Shown: positions 1-10,746, numbered from the stretch's first letter. The stretch: DNA of 64,000 nucleotides from an uncultured delta proteobacterium (GCA_963745035.1 CAVUVW010000013.1:1856001-1920000), one strand, 5' to 3'. The notes: generated by a model from the sequence alone, not told the origin. Translations and numbers: made by a program.

Positions 1-120
1 GAGCTTGAGCGTGAGATAACCGCGCCGTTGCGCGCGACGCCGTGCTGCTTGGAGGCGACCAGAAAAGAAGCCGTCCACCTATTGGTTGTCGCGAATATCG
101 GCGGCGTCGAGAGTTCTCAC
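1..120 (-). CDS. N-terminal fragment of a YhaM/Cbf1-like OB-fold HD-domain nuclease (partial; in-frame TAG at 79-81 and a frameshift, probably sequence errors)
   Basis: Manual translation from GTG at 120 behind a GGAGG RBS gives MRTLDAADIRDNQ*VDGFF, then in a shifted frame LVASKQHGVARNG..YLTLKL, which resembles the YhaM OB-fold N-terminus. Confidence 0.45.
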
Positions 121-136
121 GGCGCCTCCCTTTCCA

Positions 137-433
137 TCAGTTCAGCCGGTTAGCGAGCTCATAGAGCGAGCCGACCAAAAAACGCTTGAGAAAGATAACA
201 GCGAGCCACGCCAGGATCGGCGAGAAGTCGAAATCGCCGAACCGAGGTAGCCTGCGGCGCAGCGGCGCGAGCCCCGGCTCGGTCGCGGCGTAGAGAAACC
301 GTACGATCGGGTTCTGCTCATCGACGTTGAAAAAAGAAATCACCACCCGGCCGATCAAGATCCACAGATAAGCCCAAAGAATGTAATCCAGAACCTGCGC
401 GATTGCGCCGAGCAGGTTGGCGATGATAAACAT
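137..433 (-). CDS. yggT: YggT family membrane protein
   Basis: NPIVRFLYAATEP..P.RR and DFSPI motifs; directly downstream of yggS. Confidence 0.9.
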   Translation of the reverse strand: MFIIANLLGAIAQVLDYILWAYLWILIGRVVISFFNVDEQNPIVRFLYAATEPGLAPLRRRLPRFGDFDFSPILAWLAVIFLKRFLVGSLYELANRLN

Positions 434-437
434 CGAC

Positions 438-1139
438 TCACCTGCCCCGCGGTCCGAACAGCGCCGTGCCGATCCGCACGATCGTCGCGCCTTCTTCGAT
501 CGCGACCGTAAAATCGTCGCTCATCCCCATCGACAACTCCTTCAAGCTGATATTCGAAAGACCTGCGGCGCGAAATTTTTCCCGCAGCTCCCACAGGTCG
601 TGAAAATAGCCGCGCGCGTTTTCGGCCTGTTCCTGCATCGGCGGCACGGTCATCAGTCCTTCGACCGCCACACGCGACAGTTTGCCGACCTCTTCCAACA
701 AGGACGGGAGGCGATCCGGGGCGATCCCGCTCTTGCTCTTCTCCCCGGCCAAATTGACCTCGATATATGTGCGCACGGTCTTGCCGAGATTCTCCCCTTC
801 CCTGTCCAGTGCGCGCGCCAGAGCCGCGCTGTCAAGCGTCTCGATCACGTCGAACAACTCCACCGCTGGCTTCACTTTGTTGCGCTGCAGGTGGCCGATC
901 ATGTGCCACTCGACCGGCTCCAAGATCGCTCGCTTCTTTTCCTGCGCCTCCTGAACATAGTTCTCGCCGATAAGGGCCGCGCCAACCGCAACTGCCGCGC
1001 GGATCGCCTCGACGCTCTGCGATTTCGCCGCCGCCAGTAGCCTGACCGCGCGCGCGTCGCGGCCTGCTTTCATGGCCGCTTCGCCCATGCGAGTCACGAT
1101 GTTTCGGTATTGTGTGGCAACGTCGGCCATGAGGGCCAT
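438..1139 (-). CDS. yggS: PLP homeostasis protein YggS
   Basis: AAAK, GENYVQE, WHMIGHLQRNK, LSMGMSDD, VRIGTALFG motifs. Confidence 0.95.
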   Translation of the reverse strand: MALMADVATQYRNIVTRMGEAAMKAGRDARAVRLLAAAKSQSVEAIRAAVAVGAALIGENYVQEAQEKKRAILEPVEWHMIGHLQRNKVKPAVELFDVIETLDSAALARALDREGENLGKTVRTYIEVNLAGEKSKSGIAPDRLPSLLEEVGKLSRVAVEGLMTVPPMQEQAENARGYFHDLWELREKFRAAGLSNISLKELSMGMSDDFTVAIEEGATIVRIGTALFGPRGR

Positions 1140-1490
1140 TGCCTACCATATCTCGCCGCACAATTCACTTCGCAAGAACGACACTACCGGCTAACGCGGA
1201 ACTCGAACTAAGATGGAACAGCGCCGACGGATCGATTTGCACCTCTGGGGCGATACCGTCGTGATCACGCCCAAAGGCGGCCAAAGATTGGGGAAAACGG
1301 CCGCACGATCTTGCGGTATCCGCATACCAGCATCTCGCGTCTGTCCCACCCCCTCACCGCCACCAACATGCCTGCTGCGGAGCGAAACGATTCAATGAGA
1401 GGTCAACCCGGCTAGATAAAGCCCGGATCGGCAGTCGCAACTTGCCTCGGTGTCGGTGGGCGCGATCCTGAATCGCGAAGAACCAACAAG

Positions 1491-2060
1491 TTACGGCGAC
1501 GCTTTCTCTTTTTCCCGAGACGGATTCTGCCCGCCGCGCGGGCGAGCTTCGAGCGACGCGTTAAACTTTTTGCGCTGCTCGGCCGTGAGCGCGGCCTTGG
1601 CTTGCTCGATGGCGCGGATGCGCGCGATGCGCAAGTCGGCGCGCAATCTTTCCATCTCGCGGATCTTCTGCTCGACCTTCGGCACGTCAACATTCGGCTG
1701 ATCGAGCAAACCGGCGACATCCAGCTCCAGGATGCGCAAGTCCGCGTCGGCGCGGATGCTCTGGCGTTGAAAGTTGTCGCGCAATTGTTCGAGCTGCTTC
1801 ACCTGATCGCCGGAAAGCCGCAGATCGTCTCTCTGCTTCAGGATCAGCGAGATCATCGGCCGATCCTCGCGCGGGTCGCGCGCGCCGAAGCGTTCGCGCA
1901 GCTGCCCGCCCCAGTCCTGCAGGGCGCGCTGCAGCCGCTCCCAGGCGTCCGCCAACTCCTCTGGAATAGAGGATGCCGGCTTTTCCGGCTCCGCGCCGTT
2001 CGTCGGCGCGGACGGCAGAAACGTGAATGCCAGAACGCCAAGCAGAATCAGCGATCGCAT
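1491..2060 (-). CDS. Secreted Spy/CpxP-like (LTXXQ) periplasmic chaperone
   Basis: Own ATG at 2060 with GAGGAG RBS; signal peptide MRSLILLGVLAFTFL; LSGDQ and LTAEQ motifs; fusion to fumC in the ORF track is a frameshift artefact. Confidence 0.75.
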   Translation of the reverse strand: MRSLILLGVLAFTFLPSAPTNGAEPEKPASSIPEELADAWERLQRALQDWGGQLRERFGARDPREDRPMISLILKQRDDLRLSGDQVKQLEQLRDNFQRQSIRADADLRILELDVAGLLDQPNVDVPKVEQKIREMERLRADLRIARIRAIEQAKAALTAEQRKKFNASLEARPRGGQNPSREKEKASP

Positions 2061-2074
2061 CGGCTTCTCCTCTT

Positions 2075-3486
2075 CTAACTTTTCCCCGAGATCCCCGGCT
2101 CGGTCATGCTCCACGGATCGAGGAGTTTTTCCAATTTCTCCTGGGCCATCAAATTTTTCCTCTGCGCTAACTGGCGGATGGTTTGCCCGGTTGCCAATGC
2201 TTCCTGCGCGATCTTCCGCGCTCCCGTAGCCGATCACGGGCGCCAAGGTGGTGGCCATGGCGAGGCTGCGCTCCACCATCTCCTCGCAGCGCGCCCGGTC
2301 GGCGACAATGCCCTCAACACACTTCTCCGTAAAGGCTCTCACGACGTTGGCGCTGAACTCTATCGCTTCCAGCAGCCGCAGCTCATGATGGGCATCATGG
2401 TATTGAGCTCGAAGTCGCCACCTTGGTCGTAGATCGTGATCGTCGCATCGCAGCCGATCACATGGGCCGCCACCTGAAGCACCGACTCGCACAGCACCGG
2501 ATTGACCTTGCCGGGCATGATCCAACGATCCCGGCTGGGTGTCGGGCAGCACGATCTCGCCGATGCCGCAGCGTGGGCCCGAGGCGAGCCAGCGAAAGTC
2601 GTTGGCGATTTTCGTGAGACTCACGGCGAGCGTTTTCAAGCTGCCGCTGCTGCTCACCTGCACGACCGCGTCCTTGGAAGCCTGAGCCTCGAAATGATTT
2701 TCGGCTTCACGAAATTCAAGTCCTGTCATCTCGGAGAGTTTCTCGATGGCCCGCTTGGCAAATTCCGGATGCGCGTTGATGCCCGTGCCGATAGCGGTTC
2801 CGCCCAACGGCAATTCGGCCAAAGCCGCCGCGGCCGTTTTAATGCGCTCAATGCTCAGCGCGATTTGCCGCGCGTAGCCGCTGAACTCCTGGCTCAAGCG
2901 CATCGGCGTGGCGTCGGCAGGATGGGTGCGTCCGATCTTGATCACGTCGTCGATTTCTTTGGCTTTGCCGGCACGCGCTGCTCGAAGGTCGTCCAACGCC
3001 GGCAGCAGCTCGCGCTCGACCGCGATGCTCGCCGCGCAATGGAGCGCAGTGGGAATCACGTCGTTGCTCGACTGGCGCATGTTCACGTGATCGTTGGGAT
3101 GAACTTCCCGGCTGCCGCGGCCGCCCGAGGATCTAGAGCGCGCGGTTGGCGATCACCTCGTAGGCGTTCATGTTGATGGAGGTGCCGGAACCTGTTTGGA
3201 AGATATCGACGACGAACTCGCGGTCGAGCTTGCCGTCGATCACCTCTTGCGCGGCCTGACGAATCGCCCCGGCGATCCGCGGCTCGAGCAAGCCGAGTTG
3301 TTCGTTGGCCGTGGCGGCGGCCAACCTGACCATGCCGAGAGCGTGAATGAACTGCGGCGGAAAGCCGATGCCGCTGATGGGGAAATTTTCGACGGCGCGT
3401 TGGGTCTGCGCGCCATAGTAGGCGCCTTTCGGCACCTTGACCTCGCCCATGGAGTCTCGTTCGGTACGAAAGCTTTGCTCGGCCAT
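2075..3486 (-). CDS. fumC: Class II fumarate hydratase, split by several frameshifts
   Basis: RTERDSMGEV, QTGSGTS.NMN, QSSNDVIPTA, KIGRTH, GGTAIGTG, LASGPRCG motifs spread over several frames; GSSIMPGKVNP broken near 2520; TAG at 2075-2077. Confidence 0.85.
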
Positions 3487-3559
3487 TGGACCTCCGATCG
3501 GCATTATGGCGAAGTTGGCGTTGCATCGAGCCTAGCACCCGTAGCGCGAAAGAAAACAG

Positions 3560-4783
3560 CTAGGCTGGCGCCCCTTGCCGCGGTTCCTTGAGCAATAAAG
3601 CGACGGCAATGATGCCGACTGTAACCGCGGCGGCCAAGATCTGCCAGGCCAAAGCATAAGAACCGGTCCGATCGACGACATAGCCGAACACGGGCGTTCC
3701 GACGGTCGCCGCGGCGGCATTGATCGTGATCATCATGCCCAAGCCGGCACCGGTTCGCGCCTTGCCGGAAATCTCCCCGATGAGCGCGTAAGAGACGCCT
3801 TGATAGCCGACCAGCGAAACGCCGGCGAGAAACAGAATCGGCATCACTACGAGGTAGGAAGTTCCCTGATCCATAAAGCTCAAGCCGCCGAGCAAGAGAA
3901 CCGACAACACTCCGATGAGGACGAGAACGATCTTGCGCCGGCCGCCGAACAAGCGGTCGCTCGCCACACCCCATCCGACCCGGCCCACCATCGCCCCCGC
4001 CTGGGTCAGCGCCAGCGCCTGGCTCGCCCAGTACGCGGAATAACCCATGACGTCTTTCAAGTAGAGCGGCACATAAGTGATCAACGCCATCTGGCCGATC
4101 AAATAGATCGCCGTCGCGCAGCTCACCGGCAGCAAAGCCCAGATGTTCAGCGGCGGAAGAATCTCGCCAGCCTTCGTAATAGAACCCGCATCGATGGACG
4201 AGGCACTAGGCTCGCGCCATAAGAGCGCGAACAAAAAGCCGAAGGCGAAATTGAAAATGCCGAGGGCCGCTAGCGAGCCGCGCCAGCCGATGAGCAGAAC
4301 CAGCGACGGCGCGAGGATCGCCGCGAGCACTCCGCCACTGGGAACTCCGGTTTGCTTGATGCCCATTGCCGTGGCGCGCTCATCGCGATGAAACCAGGTC
4401 ATCACGCCGATGCTGGAAGCCGGGTTGAGAAAGCTATAACCCGCTCCGGCAAGGAAAAAGCTGACCCAGGCCGCCTCGAACGACGGCGCCAGCGCCGCTG
4501 CGGCCGTGCAAATGCCTACGCTAAGATGACCGAGTAAGGTCGTCCTGCGCACACCCAGGCGATCGGCCAGCCAGCCGGTTCCGAACGAGGTTCCGGTCAT
4601 CGCGAGGTAAAAAGCCGAGAAAAACAACCCGACCTGGGCGCGCGACAAACCCATTTCATCTTTGTAAAAGGGCGCGAGCGTGTTGATGCCGTACTGCGCC
4701 GCCGCACCGATGATGTGCGATACGAAGATCAGTCCGAGGATGGTCCAACGGAATGAATCGCGCTGCGATAAGCTATCGGGCAT
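3560..4783 (-). CDS. MFS transporter
   Basis: GWLADRLGVRR and GVASDRLFGGRR MFS loop motifs, about 12 TM segments; start set at MPDSLS. Confidence 0.9.
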   Translation of the reverse strand: MPDSLSQRDSFRWTILGLIFVSHIIGAAAQYGINTLAPFYKDEMGLSRAQVGLFFSAFYLAMTGTSFGTGWLADRLGVRRTTLLGHLSVGICTAAAALAPSFEAAWVSFFLAGAGYSFLNPASSIGVMTWFHRDERATAMGIKQTGVPSGGVLAAILAPSLVLLIGWRGSLAALGIFNFAFGFLFALLWREPSASSIDAGSITKAGEILPPLNIWALLPVSCATAIYLIGQMALITYVPLYLKDVMGYSAYWASQALALTQAGAMVGRVGWGVASDRLFGGRRKIVLVLIGVLSVLLLGGLSFMDQGTSYLVVMPILFLAGVSLVGYQGVSYALIGEISGKARTGAGLGMMITINAAAATVGTPVFGYVVDRTGSYALAWQILAAAVTVGIIAVALLLKEPRQGAPA

Positions 4784-4799
4784 GGAAAAGCGACGGAGC

Positions 4800-6397
4800 C
4801 TAATCGAAAACCGTGCTCGAGTAAGCTTCGGCATCGATGAAAGCTTCGATGACGCTCGGGCCGTCGAGCGCTGATGCCCACTCGAGCGCACCGCGAAACT
4901 CATCGAGATGATGAGCGGCGCGGCACGGCACCCCGAAGTAATGGGGCGGCGAGTCCGGCGGATCACCCAGGCGCACACCGGACAGCGGGTAGCTTCGCCG
5001 CTCCTGCTTGACCTTCATCAAGCCGAGCCATCCGTCGTTCAGCACGATCGTCGGCACGGCTAGATTGAGTCGCCGCGCCAGGGCGAGTTCCCCGGCAGTC
5101 ATCTGAAAGCACCCGTCGCCGACCACGGCAACTATTGAACGGTCAGGAAAAACCAATTTGCCGGCGTAAGCCGCCGGCATGCCGTAGCCCATCGACGACC
5201 AGCCGTTTGTAGCGAGCAAGGTACGCGGCAAATCCGTGCGCCATTGGCTGGCGATCTGATGCGTATGCGCGCCGACATCGTAAGCCAGGATGCCCTCTTC
5301 CGGGAGCCAGCTGCGTAGCGCGTCAAGCACGTGATGCGCGGAGAATTCGGCGACGCCGGGACGGAGGGCTTTTTCCAAAGAAGAGCGATGCCGGTGCAAC
5401 TCTTCTGGCGACCATTCGTTCGCGACGGGCGCGATCGCGCCCATCGCCTCGATCGCGGCATCGAGGTCGCACGCCTCGTTCCAAATAAAGTTCAGACCCG
5501 TTCCGGACTCCGCCGCTTCAGTGCCGATATGCACGATGGGTGTCTTCCCCACCCATTCCTCGTAGTTGATTTCGATCGGATCGTAGCCCACCGCGATGAT
5601 CAAATCGCCGCGATCGGTGAACGCCTTGACATCGCTGCGCCGTGCCCGGCCGATCACGCCTGCCCACTGGGCATGACCCTCCGGAAGAAATCCTTTGGCG
5701 TGCATCGTCGTGACGAAGGGCAACCGCTGGCGCTCGACAAAGCGGAGCAAATCGCGCCCGGCTTCGCTGCGCGTGAAAGTCAAACCGGTGATCAACAACG
5801 GACGCCGTGAGTTGGCCAGCGCGGCCGATAGAACCCGCACGACTTCCGCCGATCGATCGTTGTGGCGGGTCGGCTCATGAGCTTGCTCGGTGCGGCTCGC
5901 TTTCGAGTTGCTTGCGCAATGTCTTCGGGCAAATCGAGATGCACAGGGCCGGGTGGTTCCTCAGTGGCGAAAGCTATTGCGCGGCGCACCGTTTCGCCGG
6001 CTGGAACATCACGAAAAGAAAATGACGCCTTGGTTAAAGGCGTGAACAGTCCGTGGTGATCGATGCGCATCTGGATGCGCCGTTCGAGCCAAGCGCTGGC
6101 GACGTTGCACGTTATCGCGATGACCGGCGCGCGATCGAGCCAGGCGCAGCCGACGCCGGTGGCGAGGTTGGTCGCCCCCGGACCGACGGTCGAGACGCAC
6201 ACGCCGGGGATGCCAGTCAGATAGCCGACGGCGGTGGCCATAAAACCCGCCGACGTTTCGCTGGCGGTGAGAACGAAATCGATCGAGCTTCGCCGCAGCG
6301 CATCGATGAGCGGCAAAACCGGCCCACTCGGCACGCCGAAGACCCAGCGCACGCCGGCTCGTTCGAGCGCGCGGACGATGGCTTCGCTGTTACTCAT
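4800..6397 (-). CDS. Thiamine-diphosphate enzyme, acetolactate synthase large-subunit-like (one frame break near 5850-5910)
   Basis: FGVPSG, ETSAGFMA, GPGATN, PPGPVHLDLP in 5' ORF; SMGYGMP and GDGCFQM..N TPP motif in 3' ORF. Confidence 0.85.
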
Positions 6398-6431
6398 GTC
6401 GCCCACGTCTACTCTGGTGCCAGATGGCTCG

Positions 6432-6536
6432 TCGAGGATAGAGAATCGAGGATGGAGGATGGCTCCGGATTTTCGATCCTCGATCCTCCATCTTCCATCC
6501 TCGACCTAATCTACATTGCCAATCCTCTATCTTCGA
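6432..6536. repeat. Tandem-inverted 7-mer repeat (TnGAGGA)n / (TCCTCnA)n
   Basis: tcgagga tagagaa tcgagga tggagga then ttttcga tcctcga tcctcca tcttcca tcctcga, plus two more units at 6523-6536. Confidence 0.85.
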
Positions 6537-6544
6537 CATCCCAC

Positions 6545-7345
6545 CTAATTGCCGATCCGCACCGGATCCACCGCGTCCTGAACGGCGCGGATGATCGACA
6601 GCGCGGTGAGCTTGCCGGTCTTGGGATTCTCACTGGGCACGTTTTCGATATGGACGTGAAGCTTGCCGAACTCGCCTTCGACGTCGATATCGTGGCAATT
6701 GCGCACCAACCCCGGCACCGCGAAGATTTTGACCCGCGTCTGATCCGGACCGATGCCGGCCAAACTCACCGCCGCTGTGACGTTGACGTTGGCGGGAAAG
6801 CCGCGGCACGCCTCGCGCGCCGAGCCGGAAAAAATTTCCTTTTCCTCTTTCAATCCCGCCAGTGAAATTTCTCGTTCGACAAGATACGGCGCTCCTTCCA
6901 AACCCGCGGGAGGCTTGCGAGTCGTGTGGGTGACGTGAGCGATCTCGCCGACCACTGCGGATTTGATGCCGTCCAATCCGGCGATTGCGCCGGACGGAAC
7001 GTACAGCCGGCAGCCGGTGCGGCGCGATTGCTCGATGACCTCCGGATGATCGAGCAAGGCGCCGACGCTGATAACCATGAAGTCCTTGCCGGAGGCGAAA
7101 ACCTGCTTGGCCAAGCTTGCCACGACGGCGCCGCCGGCCGCTTCGACGATCATGTCCGCGGCGTCGATCAATTCATTCAACGGGAGATAGGACGGCGGCT
7201 GGCGAAAGCTCGAAAGAAACTCGCGCGCGCTTTGCTCGGTGCGGCTGGTTACCCCCGCCACGCGCACCGAAAGCTTGCCGCTCTCGACTGCGCGGACCAG
7301 AGCTTTCCCGATGGCGCCGCAGCCGACGATACCGATGGATTTCAT
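6545..7345 (-). CDS. nadX: L-aspartate dehydrogenase
   Basis: GCGAIG Rossmann motif, PSGAIAGLD, TTRKPP, FPANVNV, H, ENPKT. Confidence 0.9.
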   Translation of the reverse strand: MKSIGIVGCGAIGKALVRAVESGKLSVRVAGVTSRTEQSAREFLSSFRQPPSYLPLNELIDAADMIVEAAGGAVVASLAKQVFASGKDFMVISVGALLDHPEVIEQSRRTGCRLYVPSGAIAGLDGIKSAVVGEIAHVTHTTRKPPAGLEGAPYLVEREISLAGLKEEKEIFSGSAREACRGFPANVNVTAAVSLAGIGPDQTRVKIFAVPGLVRNCHDIDVEGEFGKLHVHIENVPSENPKTGKLTALSIIRAVQDAVDPVRIGN

Positions 7346-7377
7346 TTCAACCCTCCGACGCTGTCCTGCTTTCGCCG

Positions 7378-7806
7378 TCAGCGGGACGGCACGAGCCAGT
7401 AAAGCATCCAATAAACGATCACACCCGTAATCGAAACATAAAGCCAGATCGGAAAAGTCCAGCGCGCGATCCGCCGGTGCGCGTCGAAGCGCTCGCGCAG
7501 AGCTCGGACAAGCGTGATCAGCGCCAAAGGCACGACGACCGTGGCCAGGATCGTGTGCGTTAGCAAGATCGTGAAATAGACGACGCGTATTCCGCCTTGC
7601 CCCTTGAACGGAACCGAGCCGACTTGAAAATGATAGACCAAGTAAGAAATCAGAAACAAGATCGAGCAGCCGAACGCGGCAAGCATGCAGCGCCGATGCG
7701 CTTGCTGATTTTTCCGTCTGATAAAACGATAACCGCCCAAAAGAAAAACGGCGCTGAGAGAATTCAGCGCCGCGTTCAAATCGGGAAGTTGGGAGGCGGA
7801 AATCAC
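7378..7806 (-). CDS. DUF420 family membrane protein (CtaM/YozB-like oxidase accessory)
   Basis: LNAALN, HRRCM, FLISYLVYH, HTILA, HRRIARWTFPIWLYVSITGV; GTG start overlapping the upstream stop. Confidence 0.85.
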   Translation of the reverse strand: MISASQLPDLNAALNSLSAVFLLGGYRFIRRKNQQAHRRCMLAAFGCSILFLISYLVYHFQVGSVPFKGQGGIRVVYFTILLTHTILATVVVPLALITLVRALRERFDAHRRIARWTFPIWLYVSITGVIVYWMLYWLVPSR

Positions 7807-8082
7807 CGGGGGAAGATGTCCGGCATCAACATCAGAATCAAGAAAACACACAGGATGAACGGCGAGAGCGCGATCCACGTCAGAGTCTTCTTTTCCAGCT
7901 TGAGATGCATGAAATGTAGGGCCACGAGCGCCGCCTTCCACACGGCCAAAACGATCAGCAAAGCCACGAGCGAGCATTTTAGGCAGGTGCAGATACACGA
8001 TTGCGACTTCGACGACAGTGAGCGCGAAAAGGATATAGAAAATCCGCAGGTAATGGGCGGAGGAATGTGCTGACGATGCCAT
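7803..8082 (-). CDS. ctaF: Cytochrome c oxidase subunit IV (COX4_pro), one extra base near 7971
   Basis: YLRIFYILFALTVVEV then KAALVALHFMHLKLE in a shifted frame; span is 93 codons + 1 nt. Confidence 0.8.
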
Positions 8083-8101
8083 AGGGCTCCTCGAACTCCG
8101 G

Positions 8102-8710
8102 TTAAACGAGATAAACGAAAGTAAAAATCAGGATCCAGACGAGATCGACGAAATGCCAATACAAGCCGGCAATCTCGACATGCTTGGCTCCGTAGCGGCC
8201 GCGGCTCACAGCCGCTAGCACAGCGCTGTTATAGATCACCCCGCCGGTCACGTGCATGCCGTGAAAGCCGGTCAAGATAAAAAAGGTCGTAGCGAACAAA
8301 TCCTTGCTGAACGACAAATTGTGCTCGGGCAAGGTGTGTCCGATCAGGTGCGTCCATTCGTAGGCTTGCAGCCCAAGAAAGATCGCCCCCCCGAGAATGG
8401 TAAAGCCCATGAATTTTTTGAAACGCGCCTTGTCGCCGTCCTGGATCGCGGCCAACGCCAGAACCATCGTCACGCTGCTGACGATCAGCAAAAATGTCAT
8501 GAGCGCCGTCAGGTTGATGCCCAGTACGTCTGCAGGCACCGGCCAGCTCTTGCTCGCGTGCCGAAGAATGCCATAGCCGACGATCAAACAGCCGAACGAC
8601 ATGGCGTCGCCGGCCAGAAACAACCACATGCCAAGTTTGCCCCAGCTCTCTGGGGTGAGAGGCGTCTCTGCGGGCTCTGCCTCTACATGCATCGCTGCAA
8701 CATCACTCAT
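8102..8710 (-). CDS. ctaE: Cytochrome c oxidase subunit III (copy 2)
   Basis: KLGMWLFL, TGFHGMHV, GLYWHFVDLVWI. Confidence 0.9.
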   Translation of the reverse strand: MSDVAAMHVEAEPAETPLTPESWGKLGMWLFLAGDAMSFGCLIVGYGILRHASKSWPVPADVLGINLTALMTFLLIVSSVTMVLALAAIQDGDKARFKKFMGFTILGGAIFLGLQAYEWTHLIGHTLPEHNLSFSKDLFATTFFILTGFHGMHVTGGVIYNSAVLAAVSRGRYGAKHVEIAGLYWHFVDLVWILIFTFVYLV

Positions 8711-8988
8711 CGACTGCCGTCCTCCTGTTTCCACGATAACACATGCGATTCCTCATCGGCTTCTTCACGGCGCCTGACCGCGCGGCGATAAGCGAAAACA
8801 AGCCCGCCGGCGATAGAGGCGACAACCAGATACGGCGTCGCCATCAAAAACAGCACGCTTGCGTTATAACCACCTGTGACCGCGTCGCCGTCGCCGCTCA
8901 GACAAACCGCGCAGGCAAAACTTCGCGCCGCGTGCGTCAAGAGCACCGAGGCGATCACCGATGCGATGAGGAACAATCTTCCAAACAT
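8707..8988 (-). CDS. Small membrane protein with CxxC motif in the oxidase operon
   Basis: Signal-like N-terminus, ACAVC, one TM segment; stop overlaps the ctaE start. Confidence 0.7.
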   Translation of the reverse strand: MFGRLFLIASVIASVLLTHAARSFACAVCLSGDGDAVTGGYNASVLFLMATPYLVVASIAGGLVFAYRRAVRRREEADEESHVLSWKQEDGSR

Positions 8989-9040
8989 GATGAAATTCGC
9001 AAAAAATTATCCTATCGATCCAATCGAGTCAATCAATCCG

Positions 9041-9676
9041 CTAGTAAAGATAGACTAAACCGTAGAGGATCGGCCACAACGCGACGACGAAGATCCAATA
9101 CATGCTGCAAGTCTGCAAACCTGCCTCGTTGCGCTTGGTGTAGCTTCCTTGCCGCGCTTTGAACCAGACCGCCATCAGCCAGATAAGCGCGCCGAATACA
9201 TGAGCGCCGTGAAATCCGATGAGCGTGTAGAACAGGCCGCCGTATACGCTGCTCGATACGGTCAGACCGAAGTGGATCAAACGCACCCATTCATAGCCCT
9301 GAACGACGAGAAACGTCACTCCCAGCGCCGCAGTGCACGACAGCATGCGCATCAGTCCCCGCTGATCGCTCATGCGGTTGGCCTGGAGCGCCCATCTCAT
9401 AGTCACCGCGCTCGCCAGCAGAATCAACGTGTTGATCCCGGTCACGCCGATGGGCAGGCGCGGCTGAAACGGCGGCGGCCATACCGTGCTGCCGATGCGA
9501 AAAACCAGAAACGCGCCGATCAAACCGGCAAAGAACATGGCTTCGGCGCCGAGCAGCATCACCGTGCCGAGCCAAGCGTTGCTGCCGATCGGCGTAATCG
9601 GACGAACCGGCGGAGGAGGCGGGCCGCCGCCTCCGAAGCCCGGCCGCTTCACTTCGGCGACTATAGGCGTCGTCAT
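9041..9676 (-). CDS. ctaE: Cytochrome c oxidase subunit III (copy 1)
   Basis: EAMFFAGL, NTLILLAS, Q..EW, GFHGAHV, MYWIFV. Confidence 0.88.
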   Translation of the reverse strand: MTTPIVAEVKRPGFGGGGPPPPPVRPITPIGSNAWLGTVMLLGAEAMFFAGLIGAFLVFRIGSTVWPPPFQPRLPIGVTGINTLILLASAVTMRWALQANRMSDQRGLMRMLSCTAALGVTFLVVQGYEWVRLIHFGLTVSSSVYGGLFYTLIGFHGAHVFGALIWLMAVWFKARQGSYTKRNEAGLQTCSMYWIFVVALWPILYGLVYLY

Positions 9677-9721
9677 TCAGCTTGCGCGCGGTGGAGCTCT
9701 TCGCCATGACAATCATTCAGT

Positions 9722-9844
9722 TCAATAGACGATGATAAACGCAACCACTGCGGCGATATACAATAGCGCGAGCAGCGCCAACCCAAGACCCCAGCGGCGG
9801 GCGCGCGGTTCTGAGGTATTCGAGGATCCTACCAGCGCATTCAT
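9722..9844 (-). CDS. 40-aa single-TM small protein
   Basis: ATGA overlap with the ctaB stop; MNALVGSSNTSEPRARRWGLGLALLALLYIAAVVAFIIVY. Confidence 0.55.
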   Translation of the reverse strand: MNALVGSSNTSEPRARRWGLGLALLALLYIAAVVAFIIVY

Positions 9845-10746
9845 AGCGGCACCCGATCCAACGCCATCACGAGCAACAGCGCGGGAAGATAGATCAGCGA
9901 AGCAAATAGCAAGCGCCGGGCGCCCGTCCGGGACGGCGCCATGACCAGACTGACGCCGCTGGCGAGAAATCCGATCCCAAGAAGAAAAGCAACGACGAAA
10001 TAAACCGCGCCGGCAAGGCCGATCAACGTGGGCAGCAGGCCGACGACCAATAGTGCCAAGCAGTGTACGATGATCTGCCGGTTGGTGCTTTCTCCGTCCG
10101 GCTCGATAACGGGAAGAAACTGTATCCCCGCCTTGGCGAAATCCTCTCGGTAAAGACACGCGATCGCCAAGGTATGCGGGATCTGCCACAGGAACATGAT
10201 GGCGAAAAGCACCCAGGCATCGACCGAGAGCTCGCCGCGCGCGGCGACCCAGCCAATGACCGGGGGCAATGCGCCCGGCACGGCGCCCACCGGCACGCAT
10301 AGCGAGCTAAACCGCTTCATCGGCGTATACGCCCAGAGGTAGCTCAGGGTAATAGCGGCGGCGACAAACGCGCTCAGCCAATTGACCGAGAGAGCCAGGT
10401 AGACAAGCCCCAAGCACGTGAGCGCTATACCGAACCAGAGCGCGTCATTCGGCTGCAACCGCCCGTCCGGCAACGGTCGCCGGCATGTGCGCTCCATCAT
10501 TGCATCCGTGTCTCGTTCCAGAAACTGGTTGAGGGTAAGAGTGCCGCCGGCTGCAAGGGCGGTTCCAAGCAACATCTCTATCAGCTGCACGTAGTCGGGA
10601 ACGTTGCCCGAACCGGCGTAGTAGCCGACGAAGGCCGTGATGAGAACCATCAGAACGATGCGCGGCTTGGTCAGCTCGCAAAAGTCCGCCACTCGCCGGG
10701 AGGCGCTTGTCGTCGCGATATTCACGGTGCTCGTGCTCGAGTTCAT
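9841..10746 (-). CDS. ctaB: Protoheme IX farnesyltransferase (heme O synthase)
   Basis: LTKPRI, NQFLERDTDAMMERT..RPLP.GR, YTPMKR, WQIPH. Confidence 0.95.
   Translation of the reverse strand: MNSSTSTVNIATTSASRRVADFCELTKPRIVLMVLITAFVGYYAGSGNVPDYVQLIEMLLGTALAAGGTLTLNQFLERDTDAMMERTCRRPLPDGRLQPNDALWFGIALTCLGLVYLALSVNWLSAFVAAAITLSYLWAYTPMKRFSSLCVPVGAVPGALPPVIGWVAARGELSVDAWVLFAIMFLWQIPHTLAIACLYREDFAKAGIQFLPVIEPDGESTNRQIIVHCLALLVVGLLPTLIGLAGAVYFVVAFLLGIGFLASGVSLVMAPSRTGARRLLFASLIYLPALLLVMALDRVPL

Noticed and set aside
79-81. Recoded TAG (pyrrolysine or alternative code) in the yhaM fragment
   Set aside because: TAG is used as a normal stop by many genes here, and the neighbourhood is error-rich.
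1213-1398. 61-aa ORF between yggS and the Spy-like gene
   Set aside because: No RBS or recognisable motif; probably spurious.
1491-3086. Apparent fumarase-Spy fusion protein (531-aa ORF)
   Set aside because: Frameshift read-through; fumC has its own TAG at 2075 and the Spy-like gene has its own RBS, ATG and signal peptide.
7378-8082. Apparent COX4-DUF420 fusion
   Set aside because: One extra base near 7971 joins two separate genes that overlap at GTGA.
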